Of a stretch of 64,000 nucleotides of DNA, positions 1 to 7,208 are shown in pieces. The stretch is taken from positions 62,001 through 126,000 of the IMG/VR virus record IMGVR_UViG_3300021962_000021. One strand, given 5' to 3'. Numbering within the stretch: the stretch's first letter is position 1; each line of letters begins with the position of its first letter. The notes under the pieces were generated by a model that saw only the letters and a list, made by a program, of their open reading frames with translations, was not told the DNA's origin and did no database searches. Both the position numbers and the translations under genes were made by a program.

Positions 1-335
1 TGAAAACATTTAAAGATTTGGAATTTAATGCACATCCAACTCATATGTTGGGTGGAGTTCAAGCTCGTATGGATTTTGATAATGGGTATGGAGTGAGTGT
101 AGTGAAAAGTCCATATACATATGGTGGTGATAAAGGATTATACGAATTAGCAGTATTCAAAGATGGTCATATTCATTATGATAATCCAATTGCTAAAGGT
201 GATGTTGTTGGTTATTTAAGACCAGAAGATGTAACCGATGCAATGTTAATAATTCAGAAATTTGAAAAAGAAAATGAAATAAAAAATGATCCTGATTTTA
301 TGTATAATTGGATTAGGAATAAAAGTGGAAAATAA
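1..335 (+). CDS. hypothetical phage protein (5'-truncated; probably begins MKTFKDLEF at position 0)
   Basis: Open frame from the window edge; the leading TG would complete an ATG. Confidence 0.7.
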   Translation, partial: KTFKDLEFNAHPTHMLGGVQARMDFDNGYGVSVVKSPYTYGGDKGLYELAVFKDGHIHYDNPIAKGDVVGYLRPEDVTDAMLIIQKFEKENEIKNDPDFMYNWIRNKSGK

Positions 336-338
336 GAT

Positions 339-602
339 ATGGCACATTTAATACCAAATAATTCCACTCCATCGGTAACACAAATTAAACCCAAACCAAT
401 ATTCGTAATGAGGTTTAGTAATTCAATGAGTGATGAAGATGCGAGACAAACTTGTGAAACGATATACAAATCCGATATGAATAATGAGTATCATATAATT
501 GTAATTCGTAATGACAAAGATAGAGATGAGTTTGAATTATATAACGCAGATAAGATTGAAAGACAAGAGTGGAATGAAATAGTTAAAAAATTAAAGTTAT
601 GA
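339..602 (+). CDS. hypothetical protein
   Basis: ORF tightly packed with neighbours. Confidence 0.7.
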   Translation: MAHLIPNNSTPSVTQIKPKPIFVMRFSNSMSDEDARQTCETIYKSDMNNEYHIIVIRNDKDRDEFELYNADKIERQEWNEIVKKLKL

Positions 603-1123
603 GACGTAAGATAATATTCATAGATGTAGATGGCCCGTTGGCGTGGGGAACGTGGGGTGATGGTAGAGTTGAAATGAGTTTAGGTTCATCATCAACATTT
701 AAAATACCATACGCTTGGGTTGAAGAAGATTGTCAGGCTCTTAAAAAGATTTTGGATGAGAGTAATGCAAAGATGGTATTAAGTTCAGATTGGAGAAAAC
801 ATTTTAGTTTCTTACAAATGAAAAGAATATTTGAATACTACGGAATTGCAGGACACAATTTGATTGATATAACTACACATCAGGACCTATGGATGAAGTT
901 GAGTAGACCTGCAATTGAGTGGGAGAGAGCAGCTGAAATCAAAAAGTGGGTAAAGGATAATAAAATTAGTAATTGGATTTCAATTGATGATATGCAGTTG
1001 AATAAACAATTCAAATGGATGAAAGTTCCACAATGGAGACATGTTCAGGTTGATGGTGATTTTGGAGTAGGTGGTAGATTAAGAGATAAGATTGATGAAT
1101 GTATCATCAAACTAAATAGATAA
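599..1123 (+). CDS. HAD-superfamily phosphatase (Swiss Army Knife RNA repair-like HAD)
   Basis: IFIDVDGPL (DxD motif I), LSSDWR, ISIDD. Confidence 0.8.
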   Translation: MRRKIIFIDVDGPLAWGTWGDGRVEMSLGSSSTFKIPYAWVEEDCQALKKILDESNAKMVLSSDWRKHFSFLQMKRIFEYYGIAGHNLIDITTHQDLWMKLSRPAIEWERAAEIKKWVKDNKISNWISIDDMQLNKQFKWMKVPQWRHVQVDGDFGVGGRLRDKIDECIIKLNR

Positions 1124-1132
1124 AATAGTTGA

Positions 1133-1205
1133 GGCGGATTGGCCGAGGGAAGTGAGGTGAAGCTCTGCAAAAGCTTTTAGGTAGGTTTGAATCCTACATC
1201 CGCCT
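1133..1205 (+). tRNA. tRNA-Cys(GCA)
   Basis: Acceptor GGCGGAT/ATCCGCC, anticodon arm AAGCT-CTGCAAA-AGCTT, T arm GTAGG-TTTGAAT-CCTAC. Confidence 0.85.
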
Positions 1206-1214
1206 CAACTATAT

Positions 1215-1283
1215 TGTGGGAAGGTTAGGTAACCCGTTTGGTCTCATAAGCCAGATATTCAGGTTCGATTCCTGGTCCCGCAA
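1215..1283 (+). tRNA. tRNA-Met(CAT), compact D arm
   Basis: Acceptor TGTGGGA/TCCCGCA, loop CTCATAA, T arm CAGG-TTCGATT-CCTG. Confidence 0.75.
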
Positions 1284-1289
1284 CAACAT

Positions 1290-1364
1290 GGTGGCCGTAG
1301 CCTAATGGTAGGGCGAAAGTTTGTGGCACTTTATGTAAGAGTTCGATTCTCTTCGGTCACACCA
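1290..1364 (+). tRNA. tRNA-His(GTG) with G-1 and encoded CCA
   Basis: G+GTGGCCG/CGGTCAC-A-CCA, AAAGT-TTGTGGC-ACTTT. Confidence 0.9.
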
Positions 1365-1423
1365 CCCCGGGTTTTGGAGCTGGTATCTCTTTTTCCCGAT
1401 ATAAATGAAAAAACTACCAAAAA

Positions 1424-1507
1424 GGAAAGATGGGTGAGTGGTTTAAACCAGCAGTTTACTAAACTGCCGATTCAAAAGGTCCGTGAGTTCGAATCTCACT
1501 CTTTCCG
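1424..1507 (+). tRNA. tRNA-Ser(ACT)
   Basis: GGAAAGA/TCTTTCC-G, GCAGT-TTACTAA-ACTGC, long variable arm. Confidence 0.85.
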
Positions 1508-1508
1508 C

Positions 1509-1649
1509 ATGAAAAATGATAAATTTGAAACTAACAAAAGAGTAAATCGTATTGTTAGAATAAGAAAAATTATTAGAGAAAATGGAGCTTGTTTAATATG
1601 TGTGAGAAGATGGAATGGTGGAGTGAAAAAATATAGAACAAACTGTTAA
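1509..1649 (+). CDS. small basic hypothetical protein (46 aa, CxxC)
   Basis: ATG just after tRNA-Ser; this is the 3' part of track ORF 1305..1649. Confidence 0.45.
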   Translation: MKNDKFETNKRVNRIVRIRKIIRENGACLICVRRWNGGVKKYRTNC

Positions 1650-1652
1650 AAT

Positions 1653-1726
1653 GCCCGTATGGCGTAATTGGCAACCGCACTGGTCTTAGAAACCAGTTTG
1701 TGAAAGTTCGAGTCTTTCTACGGGTA
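1653..1726 (+). tRNA. tRNA-Leu(TAG), short variable loop
   Basis: GCCCGTA/TACGGGT-A, CTGGT-CTTAGAA-ACCAG, GAAAG-TTCGAGT-CTTTC. Confidence 0.85.
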
Positions 1727-1755
1727 CAAAAAATAAATTATCAATATGTAATATT

Positions 1756-2211
1756 ATGGAATACAAACGGCTATATGATGGAGTAAAAATTGACATGATT
1801 GAATATGTCAGAGAGTATTTAAGTGGAAAAGAAAATGTAGAAATACTAATTGGTTGTGATTCACAAAACTTTTCCGATAAAACTATTTACGCAATCGTTG
1901 TAGCTTTGTATCATAAAGGTAAAGGAGCACATGTTCTTTATAGTAAATGGAAAACCCAAAGAGAACCAACACGTTCAGTAAGATTGTTGAGTGAAGTATG
2001 GTATGCGGTTGAAGTTGCTGAAAAAATGAGAGAAGCTGGTTTACCAAAAGTGAAATGGATTGATATTGATATTAACCCTGACCCAAAATACAAATCAAAT
2101 GAAGTGTTCAGACAAGCAGTTGGTTTAGTAGAAGGAATGGGATATGAAGTTAGATATAAAACACTTGGTCCAATCGCAACTTATGCGGCTGACCATTTAG
2201 TTAAATTATAA
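1756..2211 (+). CDS. RNase H-like YkuK (DUF458) family protein
   Basis: IGCDSQ...RLLSEV...IDIDINP...YKSN...AADH pattern. Confidence 0.8.
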   Translation: MEYKRLYDGVKIDMIEYVREYLSGKENVEILIGCDSQNFSDKTIYAIVVALYHKGKGAHVLYSKWKTQREPTRSVRLLSEVWYAVEVAEKMREAGLPKVKWIDIDINPDPKYKSNEVFRQAVGLVEGMGYEVRYKTLGPIATYAADHLVKL

Positions 2212-2216
2212 AATGT

Positions 2217-2248
2217 TTTGGTAGATTAGATATATTTTCGTATATTTA
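2217..2248 (+). promoter_or_regulatory. Bacteroidetes-type sigma70 promoter for the tRNA array
   Basis: TTTG-N20-TATATTTA. Confidence 0.7.
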
Positions 2249-2263
2249 ATTTATCAAACAAAC

Positions 2264-2335
2264 GCTCGGTTGGACTAGGGGTTAGGTCACATCCCTTTCA
2301 CGGATGTAGCACGGGTTCGAATCCCGTACCGAGTA
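2264..2335 (+). tRNA. tRNA-Glu(TTC)
   Basis: GCTCGGT/ACCGAGT, CATCC-CTTTCAC-GGATG, GGTTCGAATCC. Confidence 0.9.
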
Positions 2336-2338
2336 CAA

Positions 2339-2423
2339 GACATACATCACACTCAGTCAAGCCGTATTTCGCTGTTAGTGTATGTTAGATAAGAGAATGA
2401 GGCGGCTGGGACGTTCTCTTATC
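2339..2423 (+). ncRNA. putative two-hairpin kissing-loop RNA
   Basis: Stems GACATACA/TGTATGTT and GATAAGAGAA/TTCTCTTATC; loops AGCCGT and GCGGCT are complementary. Confidence 0.45.
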
Positions 2424-2430
2424 GCAAATT

Positions 2431-2503
2431 GCCTGGTTAGCTCAGCTGGTAGAGCAACTGATTTGTAATCAGTAGGTCGGAGGTTCGATTCCATCACTAG
2501 GCT
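2431..2503 (+). tRNA. tRNA-Thr(TGT)
   Basis: Canonical cloverleaf, ACTGA-TTTGTAA-TCAGT. Confidence 0.92.
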
Positions 2504-2509
2504 CAAAAA

Positions 2510-2583
2510 GGATTGGTAGTTCAGTTGGTTAGAATGCTGCCCTGTCACGGCAGAGGTCGCGGGTTCGAATCCCGTCCAATCCG
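2510..2583 (+). tRNA. tRNA-Asp(GTC)
   Basis: CTGCC-CTGTCAC-GGCAG, canonical arms. Confidence 0.93.
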
Positions 2584-2587
2584 CAAT

Positions 2588-2661
2588 GGTTCGGTAGCTC
2601 AGTTGGATAGAGCAACAGCCTTCTAAGCTGTGGGTCAAAGGTTCGAATCCTTTCCGAATCA
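2588..2661 (+). tRNA. tRNA-Arg(TCT)
   Basis: ACAGC-CTTCTAA-GCTGT. Confidence 0.93.
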
Positions 2662-2667
2662 CAAACT

Positions 2668-2754
2668 GCCCTGGTGGCGAAATTGGTAGACGCGCAAGAC
2701 TTAAAATCTTGTTCACCGTAAATGTGAGTGCCGGTTCGATTCCGGCCTGGGGCA
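2668..2754 (+). tRNA. tRNA-Leu(TAA)
   Basis: CAAGA-CTTAAAA-TCTTG, long variable arm. Confidence 0.92.
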
Positions 2755-2756
2755 CA

Positions 2757-2860
2757 ATGTAACGATTCGTAAGAATGGCTGGACGGACGCTATGTATGAA
2801 GAAAACGTAACACTACGATAAAGGTAGTGAAAAGACAGTTTAACAGCACAGCCGTTACAT
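2757..2860 (+). ncRNA. putative multi-stem ncRNA between tRNAs
   Basis: Closing stem ATGTAACG/CGTTACAT; inner stems GGCTG/CAGCC, ATTC/GAAT, CACTAC/GTAGTG. Confidence 0.5.
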
Positions 2861-2863
2861 AAT

Positions 2864-2937
2864 GGGGGGTTAGCTCAGTTGGCTAGAGCACCTGCTTTGC
2901 ACGCAGGGGGTCATCGGTTCGACTCCGATATCCTCCA
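2864..2937 (+). tRNA. tRNA-Ala(TGC)
   Basis: G3:U70 pair, CCTGC-TTTGCAC-GCAGG. Confidence 0.93.
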
Positions 2938-2942
2938 CATAT

Positions 2943-3052
2943 GCCGGAGTGGCGGAAAGAATGTGGCCACATTTGAGACGTCCCGTAATTCTAGAAAGGT
3001 GCAGTATTAGCCGAAATGGCCTGCGTGTGAGTAACCAATCTCTCCTCCGGCA
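2943..3052 (+). ncRNA. aberrant tRNA-Leu-like RNA
   Basis: Acceptor GCCGGAG/CTCCGGC-A, TGGCGGAA...AGACG D arm with an inserted hairpin, degenerate anticodon and T arms. Confidence 0.55.
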
Positions 3053-3061
3053 CCTTTATTT

Positions 3062-3135
3062 GGACCTATAGCTCAGTTGGTTAGAGCAGGGCACTCATAA
3101 TGCCAAGGTCACAGGTTCGAGTCCTGTTTGGTCCA
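3062..3135 (+). tRNA. tRNA-Ile2/Met(CAT), probably lysidine-type Ile2
   Basis: GGACCTATAGCTCAGTTGGTTAGAGC, loop CTCATAA, A73. Confidence 0.85.
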
Positions 3136-3140
3136 CACTT

Positions 3141-3213
3141 GCGGAAGTAGCTCATTCGGTAGAGCACAACCTTGCCAAGGTTGGGGTGGCCAGTTCGAGC
3201 CTGGTCTTCCGCT
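3141..3213 (+). tRNA. tRNA-Gly(GCC)
   Basis: GCGGAAG/CTTCCGC-T, CAACC-TTGCCAA-GGTTG. Confidence 0.93.
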
Positions 3214-3218
3214 CAAAA

Positions 3219-3267
3219 GGACTTAAATGGTTGATGTACACAACTGAAGTAGGTTAGTCCCACCTAC
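3219..3267 (+). ncRNA. putative small pseudoknot RNA
   Basis: GGACT/AGTCC crossed by GTAGGT/ACCTAC; inner hairpin GGTTG/CAACT. Confidence 0.4.
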
Positions 3268-3272
3268 AAATT

Positions 3273-3347
3273 GCGGGAATAGTATAACGGTTATTATGCC
3301 ATCCTTCCAAGTTGGATATGCCGGTTCGATTCCGGCTTCCCGCTCCA
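3273..3347 (+). tRNA. tRNA-Gly(TCC) with encoded CCA
   Basis: GCGGGAA/TTCCCGC-T-CCA, loop CTTCCAA. Confidence 0.9.
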
Positions 3348-3352
3348 CAAAT

Positions 3353-3423
3353 TGCCCTTTGGTGTAACGGTAGCACAATTGGTTTTGGTCCAATTAGTTT
3401 AGGTTCGAATCCTAAAGGGGCAT
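3353..3423 (+). tRNA. tRNA-Gln(TTG)
   Basis: TGCCCTT/AGGGGCA, ATTGG-TTTTGGT-CCAAT. Confidence 0.9.
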
Positions 3424-3441
3424 CATACTAAAATTGGAAAA

Positions 3442-4095
3442 ATGAAATTAACATTAAATAAAGGACAGCGGTTGTGGTTTACAAGTGACACGCATTACAA
3501 CCATGCTAACATTTGTTCCGCTACAACTAGATGGATAGAACCGGTGACTTGTAGAGAGTTTAAATCATTAGAACATATGAACGCAACATTAGTAGGTAAT
3601 ATCAATGAGTTTGTAGGACAAGATGATATTCTATTCCATTTGGGAGATTGGTCATTTGGTGGATTTGAACAAATTGAGATATTCAGAAATCAAATCGTAT
3701 GTAAGAATGTTCACATCATCACAGGTAATCACGATCATCACATTGAAAACGATAGAGAAGGTTGTCAATCACTTTTTAGTTCAGTAAACAAATACCTAAA
3801 CTTAAATGTGAAATGGTCAAATGGACACGCTGGAAATGATGAACAACGATTTGCTCTAATGCACTTTCCAATCGCAAGTTGGGATAATATGGCAAGAGGT
3901 GCGATTCATTTACACGGACATGTTCATTTTCCGCCGGCAACTAGAATTGGTTTGGGTAAGATGATGGATGTAGGATGTGATGGTAACGCATTGTATCCAA
4001 TTGAAATGAGGACTGTATTAAGTTTGATGAGAAACCAACCAATTAAAAGTATGTTCAGTTTTGACCATCACGAAATTGTAGAAAATTATAAGTAA
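3442..4095 (+). CDS. calcineurin-like metallophosphoesterase
   Basis: SDTH, HLGD, GNHD, HGHVH. Confidence 0.9.
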   Translation: MKLTLNKGQRLWFTSDTHYNHANICSATTRWIEPVTCREFKSLEHMNATLVGNINEFVGQDDILFHLGDWSFGGFEQIEIFRNQIVCKNVHIITGNHDHHIENDREGCQSLFSSVNKYLNLNVKWSNGHAGNDEQRFALMHFPIASWDNMARGAIHLHGHVHFPPATRIGLGKMMDVGCDGNALYPIEMRTVLSLMRNQPIKSMFSFDHHEIVENYK

Positions 4096-4478
4096 TGAAA
4101 GAGTTAATATTATTGAGAGGGTTACCAGGTAGTGGTAAAAGTTCATTGGCAAAATCATTTGGTGGAATGCATATTGAGGCTGATATGTTCTTTATGAAAG
4201 ATGGAGAATATAAGTTTGATGCTACTAAATTAAGATACGCACATGAATGGTGCCAAAATGTAGTTGAAGCTTGGATGGATGAGGGTGAAGAACTAATTGT
4301 AGTATCAAACACATTTACTCAAGAATGGGAAATGGATTATTACTATACATTGGCTAAGGAAGCGGGTTATATAGTTCATTCAGTTATTGTAGAGAATAGG
4401 CATGGTTCTAAAAATATACACAATGTACCTGAAGAGAAATTAGAACAAATGAAAAATAGATTTGAAGTAAAGTTATAA
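4095..4478 (+). CDS. P-loop kinase (AAA_33 / polynucleotide kinase-like)
   Basis: RGLPGSGKS, VSNTF, HNVP. Confidence 0.85.
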   Translation: MKELILLRGLPGSGKSSLAKSFGGMHIEADMFFMKDGEYKFDATKLRYAHEWCQNVVEAWMDEGEELIVVSNTFTQEWEMDYYYTLAKEAGYIVHSVIVENRHGSKNIHNVPEEKLEQMKNRFEVKL

Positions 4479-4479
4479 T

Positions 4480-5607
4480 ATGGAAAACTTAAATTCAGTT
4501 TGCTACATAGCAACAATAAATGAGATTAAACCAATCGAAGGTGCTGATAATATTGAATTAGCAGTTGTTGGTGGGTGGAATTGTATTACCAAAAAAGGAG
4601 AACAAAAGGTTGGTGATTTAGTAATGATTGCTACAACCGATGCTATTATTCCTTTAGAACTTTCAGAAAAGATGAGTGTTACTAATTACTTACGAAAAGG
4701 TGGTAGAGTTAGGACGGTGAAATTAAGAGGTGTATACTCGGAATGTTTGATTATTCCAATTACTTATATTCCTTTTATGGAAAATTACTATGAGGGTAAG
4801 GATATGATGTATGTAATGAATATTTACAAATATGAACCACCTGTTAAGACCGTTCAATTAGCAAGTGGTAGAAAGATTCGTTATCAAGACAATCCGAATT
4901 TCCACATTTACTATAAGTTCCCTAACTTAAAGAATGTACCTGGAATGTTTACCGAAGAGGACACAGTCGAAATCACTCGTAAGATTCACGGAACTAATGC
5001 TCGTTATGGTATTGTTAAGAAAAACAAATTATCATTGTGGGATAAAGTGAAGAAATTCTTTGGAGTGGCAGATAGATGGATTGATTACGAATTTGTGGTT
5101 GGCTCTCACAATGTGGAAAAAGGAAGTGAATCACAAGGTTTCTACGATACTAATGTTTGGTATGATATTGAAAAGAAATATGATATTAAAAAGAAGTTGT
5201 GGGAGTATGTGAAATTGTTCAGCCCTACTAACATAGGCGATGGTATTACCTTATATGGTGAGATTTACGGAGCTGGAATTCAAAAGGGATATGATTATGG
5301 ATTGAAAGAGATTGAGTTCGTAGGATTCGATGTAAAAGAGAATGGTGAGTATTTAGATACAATCAATTCAAAGTTACTTATCAAAGAACTTCTAAAGTTA
5401 CCATATGTTGAACAATTGTATTTTGGTGAATGGTCGCAAGATGTGCAAGACAAATACACATTCAATAATTTTATCAAAGGAACGAAAATACCTGAAGAAG
5501 GAATTGTGATTAAAATTCATACGGGGGAAAGACAAAAGGTAGCTAAAGTTATCAACCCAGATTATCTAATTTATAGTGAAAAGCATAATGTAGGTGATAG
5601 TCACTAA
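4480..5607 (+). CDS. RNA ligase (DRB0094/Rnl5-like)
   Basis: N-terminal IEGADNIELA OB-like region; KIHGTN (motif I), GEIYG, GFDV, EGIVIK, AKVIN. Confidence 0.88.
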   Translation: MENLNSVCYIATINEIKPIEGADNIELAVVGGWNCITKKGEQKVGDLVMIATTDAIIPLELSEKMSVTNYLRKGGRVRTVKLRGVYSECLIIPITYIPFMENYYEGKDMMYVMNIYKYEPPVKTVQLASGRKIRYQDNPNFHIYYKFPNLKNVPGMFTEEDTVEITRKIHGTNARYGIVKKNKLSLWDKVKKFFGVADRWIDYEFVVGSHNVEKGSESQGFYDTNVWYDIEKKYDIKKKLWEYVKLFSPTNIGDGITLYGEIYGAGIQKGYDYGLKEIEFVGFDVKENGEYLDTINSKLLIKELLKLPYVEQLYFGEWSQDVQDKYTFNNFIKGTKIPEEGIVIKIHTGERQKVAKVINPDYLIYSEKHNVGDSH

Positions 5608-5614
5608 AAATAAA

Positions 5615-5646
5615 TTTGGAAGTTTGAAAAAACTTTCTTATATTTA
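5615..5646 (+). promoter_or_regulatory. Bacteroidetes-type promoter
   Basis: TTTG-N20-TATATTTA. Confidence 0.65.
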
Positions 5647-5672
5647 CATAGTTAAAATTTAAAACATAAACA

Positions 5673-6101
5673 ATGAATGTAAAACAAGCGTTAAAACAAA
5701 AAAACAAATTGGTTACCGATTTGAAAGCTCAATATGAGATTTTGAAAAAGTATAACTCAATTGAAGAAGGAAACCCACGTAGATATTCAATGTCCGTTAC
5801 ATTGACGGTAATTGAAACAATTCAATTTGAGTTAGTTGAATTGAAAGCAAAAATCCATAAAGCAAACCAACCGGTATATGCTAAAATATTTGAATTAGCA
5901 GAGTTGAAAGGATTGGTAAAGGAATTAAAAAAAGTTCCAACCGAAGAAGGTAAAATAGCTGAAAGATACGGAAGCGTTATTTCAGTAAAAGAAGTGGAAT
6001 TGAATGTGGTGGATATTCAAAACAAAGTGGATGCGTTAAGTGAAAGAATTGAAGAGTTGCAAAACGAATTAGATATTCACAACGCAAACACACAAATCTA
6101 A
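5673..6101 (+). CDS. coiled-coil protein, DIP1984-like
   Basis: MNVKQALKQKNKL...LKAKIHKAN...IEELQNELDIHNANTQI. Confidence 0.65.
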   Translation: MNVKQALKQKNKLVTDLKAQYEILKKYNSIEEGNPRRYSMSVTLTVIETIQFELVELKAKIHKANQPVYAKIFELAELKGLVKELKKVPTEEGKIAERYGSVISVKEVELNVVDIQNKVDALSERIEELQNELDIHNANTQI

Positions 6102-6106
6102 AAATA

Positions 6107-6310
6107 TTGAGTGAGTGGGGTTTGAAACTGATTGATTAGTTTATTCTTACAATTCTACTATGATACCAAATAGCGGATGAACGAATAAGATAATGAATAA
6201 TTAACAAACTTCAACAATATTAGGGTCACTTGTCGCGTAATTTCAAAACACTCAAACCTCTTTGAAACTCGGATAACCTTTTTAATTGGATTCATTCCTC
6301 ACAAACTCAA
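6107..6310 (+). ncRNA. putative ~200-nt structured RNA downstream of the DIP1984-like gene
   Basis: Ends pair (TTGAGT..GTGGGG..TGAA / TTCA..CCTCAC..ACTCAA); inner pair TTATTC/GAATAA; no ORF. Confidence 0.5.
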
Positions 6311-6337
6311 ATTATTAAAAAATTAAAAACAAATGTT

Positions 6338-6607
6338 ATGGGTTTTGGAACTTATTATTTACTTTGCTTTGTTTATTGCATTTATCAATTGATAAAAAAA
6401 TGGAATAAAAATGTAATGGCCGGTGGTTTAGGTATAACACCTGGATTGGACTCTATAATGATTATTATTATGGCTCCAATATTAGCACCAATTGATATAT
6501 TTTTAACATGGATGCGATTGTATAAAGAAGCAGAAGAAGCAAGAAGAAAACACGCTGATACTGATAATAGTTTAGACGGTAAAAGCAGAGATGAAAAAGT
6601 ATTCTAA
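6338..6607 (+). CDS. small membrane protein
   Basis: Two hydrophobic segments. Confidence 0.7.
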   Translation: MGFGTYYLLCFVYCIYQLIKKWNKNVMAGGLGITPGLDSIMIIIMAPILAPIDIFLTWMRLYKEAEEARRKHADTDNSLDGKSRDEKVF

Positions 6608-6614
6608 TTATTAA

Positions 6615-6699
6615 GGAGAGATGGCAGAGTGGTTGAATGCACCGGTCTTGAAAACCGGCAACTGTAACAGGTTCTGGGGTTCGAATCCCTGTCTCTCCG
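6615..6699 (+). tRNA. tRNA-Ser(TGA)
   Basis: GGAGAGA/TCTCTCC-G, CCGGT-CTTGAAA-ACCGG, long variable arm. Confidence 0.93.
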
Positions 6700-6704
6700 C
6701 ACAT

Positions 6705-6861
6705 TGTAAGGTGGTGAAATTGTGCACACATCGGCAGACACACCCACTCGTCTCGTGGGCGCTGAATATGAAATAGGTAAATGAATATGGGTTGACCACA
6801 AAGCCGGCTATTTTGTTCTTTACTGAATCACAGCATGAAGGTTCGATTCCTTCCCTTACAG
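6705..6861 (+). ncRNA. large tRNA-like RNA (157 nt)
   Basis: Acceptor TGTAAGG/CCTTACA, perfect T arm GAAGG-TTCGATT-CCTTC, CCCAC-TCGTCTC-GTGGG arm, ~75-nt variable region. Confidence 0.65.
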
Positions 6862-6862
6862 C

Positions 6863-6909
6863 AAAACCTCAATTACTTTTGGTAATTTGAGGTTTTTTTA
6901 TTATATTTA
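6863..6909 (+). terminator. intrinsic terminator overlapping the next promoter (TTTG 6878, TATATTTA 6902)
   Basis: AAAACCTCAATTAC/GTAATTTGAGGTTTT hairpin plus U tract. Confidence 0.65.
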
Positions 6910-6914
6910 AAATT

Positions 6915-7208
6915 ATGAAAAAGATACCTTACAAAACACATGATATTTTAATTTGTGATTGCCATTCAACTGAACATCAAATGGTTATTTGTTATAGTGA
7001 AGATGAAATGCCATCTGGACAAAAATGTCCAATTGTATATGCTCATGTTCATTTAAATAAAAGACCTTTTTGGCAAAGATTAAAGTATGGTATTAAATAC
7101 ATATTTGGATATAAATGTATGTATGGTGCATTTGATGAATTTTTAGTAAGTCCAAAAGATGCAGACAAGATAAAAGATATTGTAAAATATTTAAAAAAAA
7201 TAAAATGA
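6915..7208 (+). CDS. hypothetical protein
   Basis: ORF after promoter. Confidence 0.7.
   Translation: MKKIPYKTHDILICDCHSTEHQMVICYSEDEMPSGQKCPIVYAHVHLNKRPFWQRLKYGIKYIFGYKCMYGAFDEFLVSPKDADKIKDIVKYLKKIK

Noticed and set aside
1365-1420. preQ1-I riboswitch (GGTT..AGCT..ATAA..AAAAAACTA resemblance)
   Set aside because: Spacing and stem do not fit, and it precedes a tRNA rather than a queuosine gene
2985-2998. TT-CTA-GA in the tRNA-like element as an amber suppressor, implying TAG recoding
   Set aside because: No proper anticodon stem; ORFs are intact in code 11 and TAG ends genes at 16041, 30836, 31180, 41273 and 53785
3219-3267. HDV-like theta ribozyme after a tRNA
   Set aside because: No P3/L3 or catalytic J4/2 segment between the crossing helices
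1305-6801. Track ORFs 1305..1649 (5' part), 2375..2755, 6468..6743, 6604..6801, 6611..6799
   Set aside because: They overlap tRNA or tRNA-like genes; spurious
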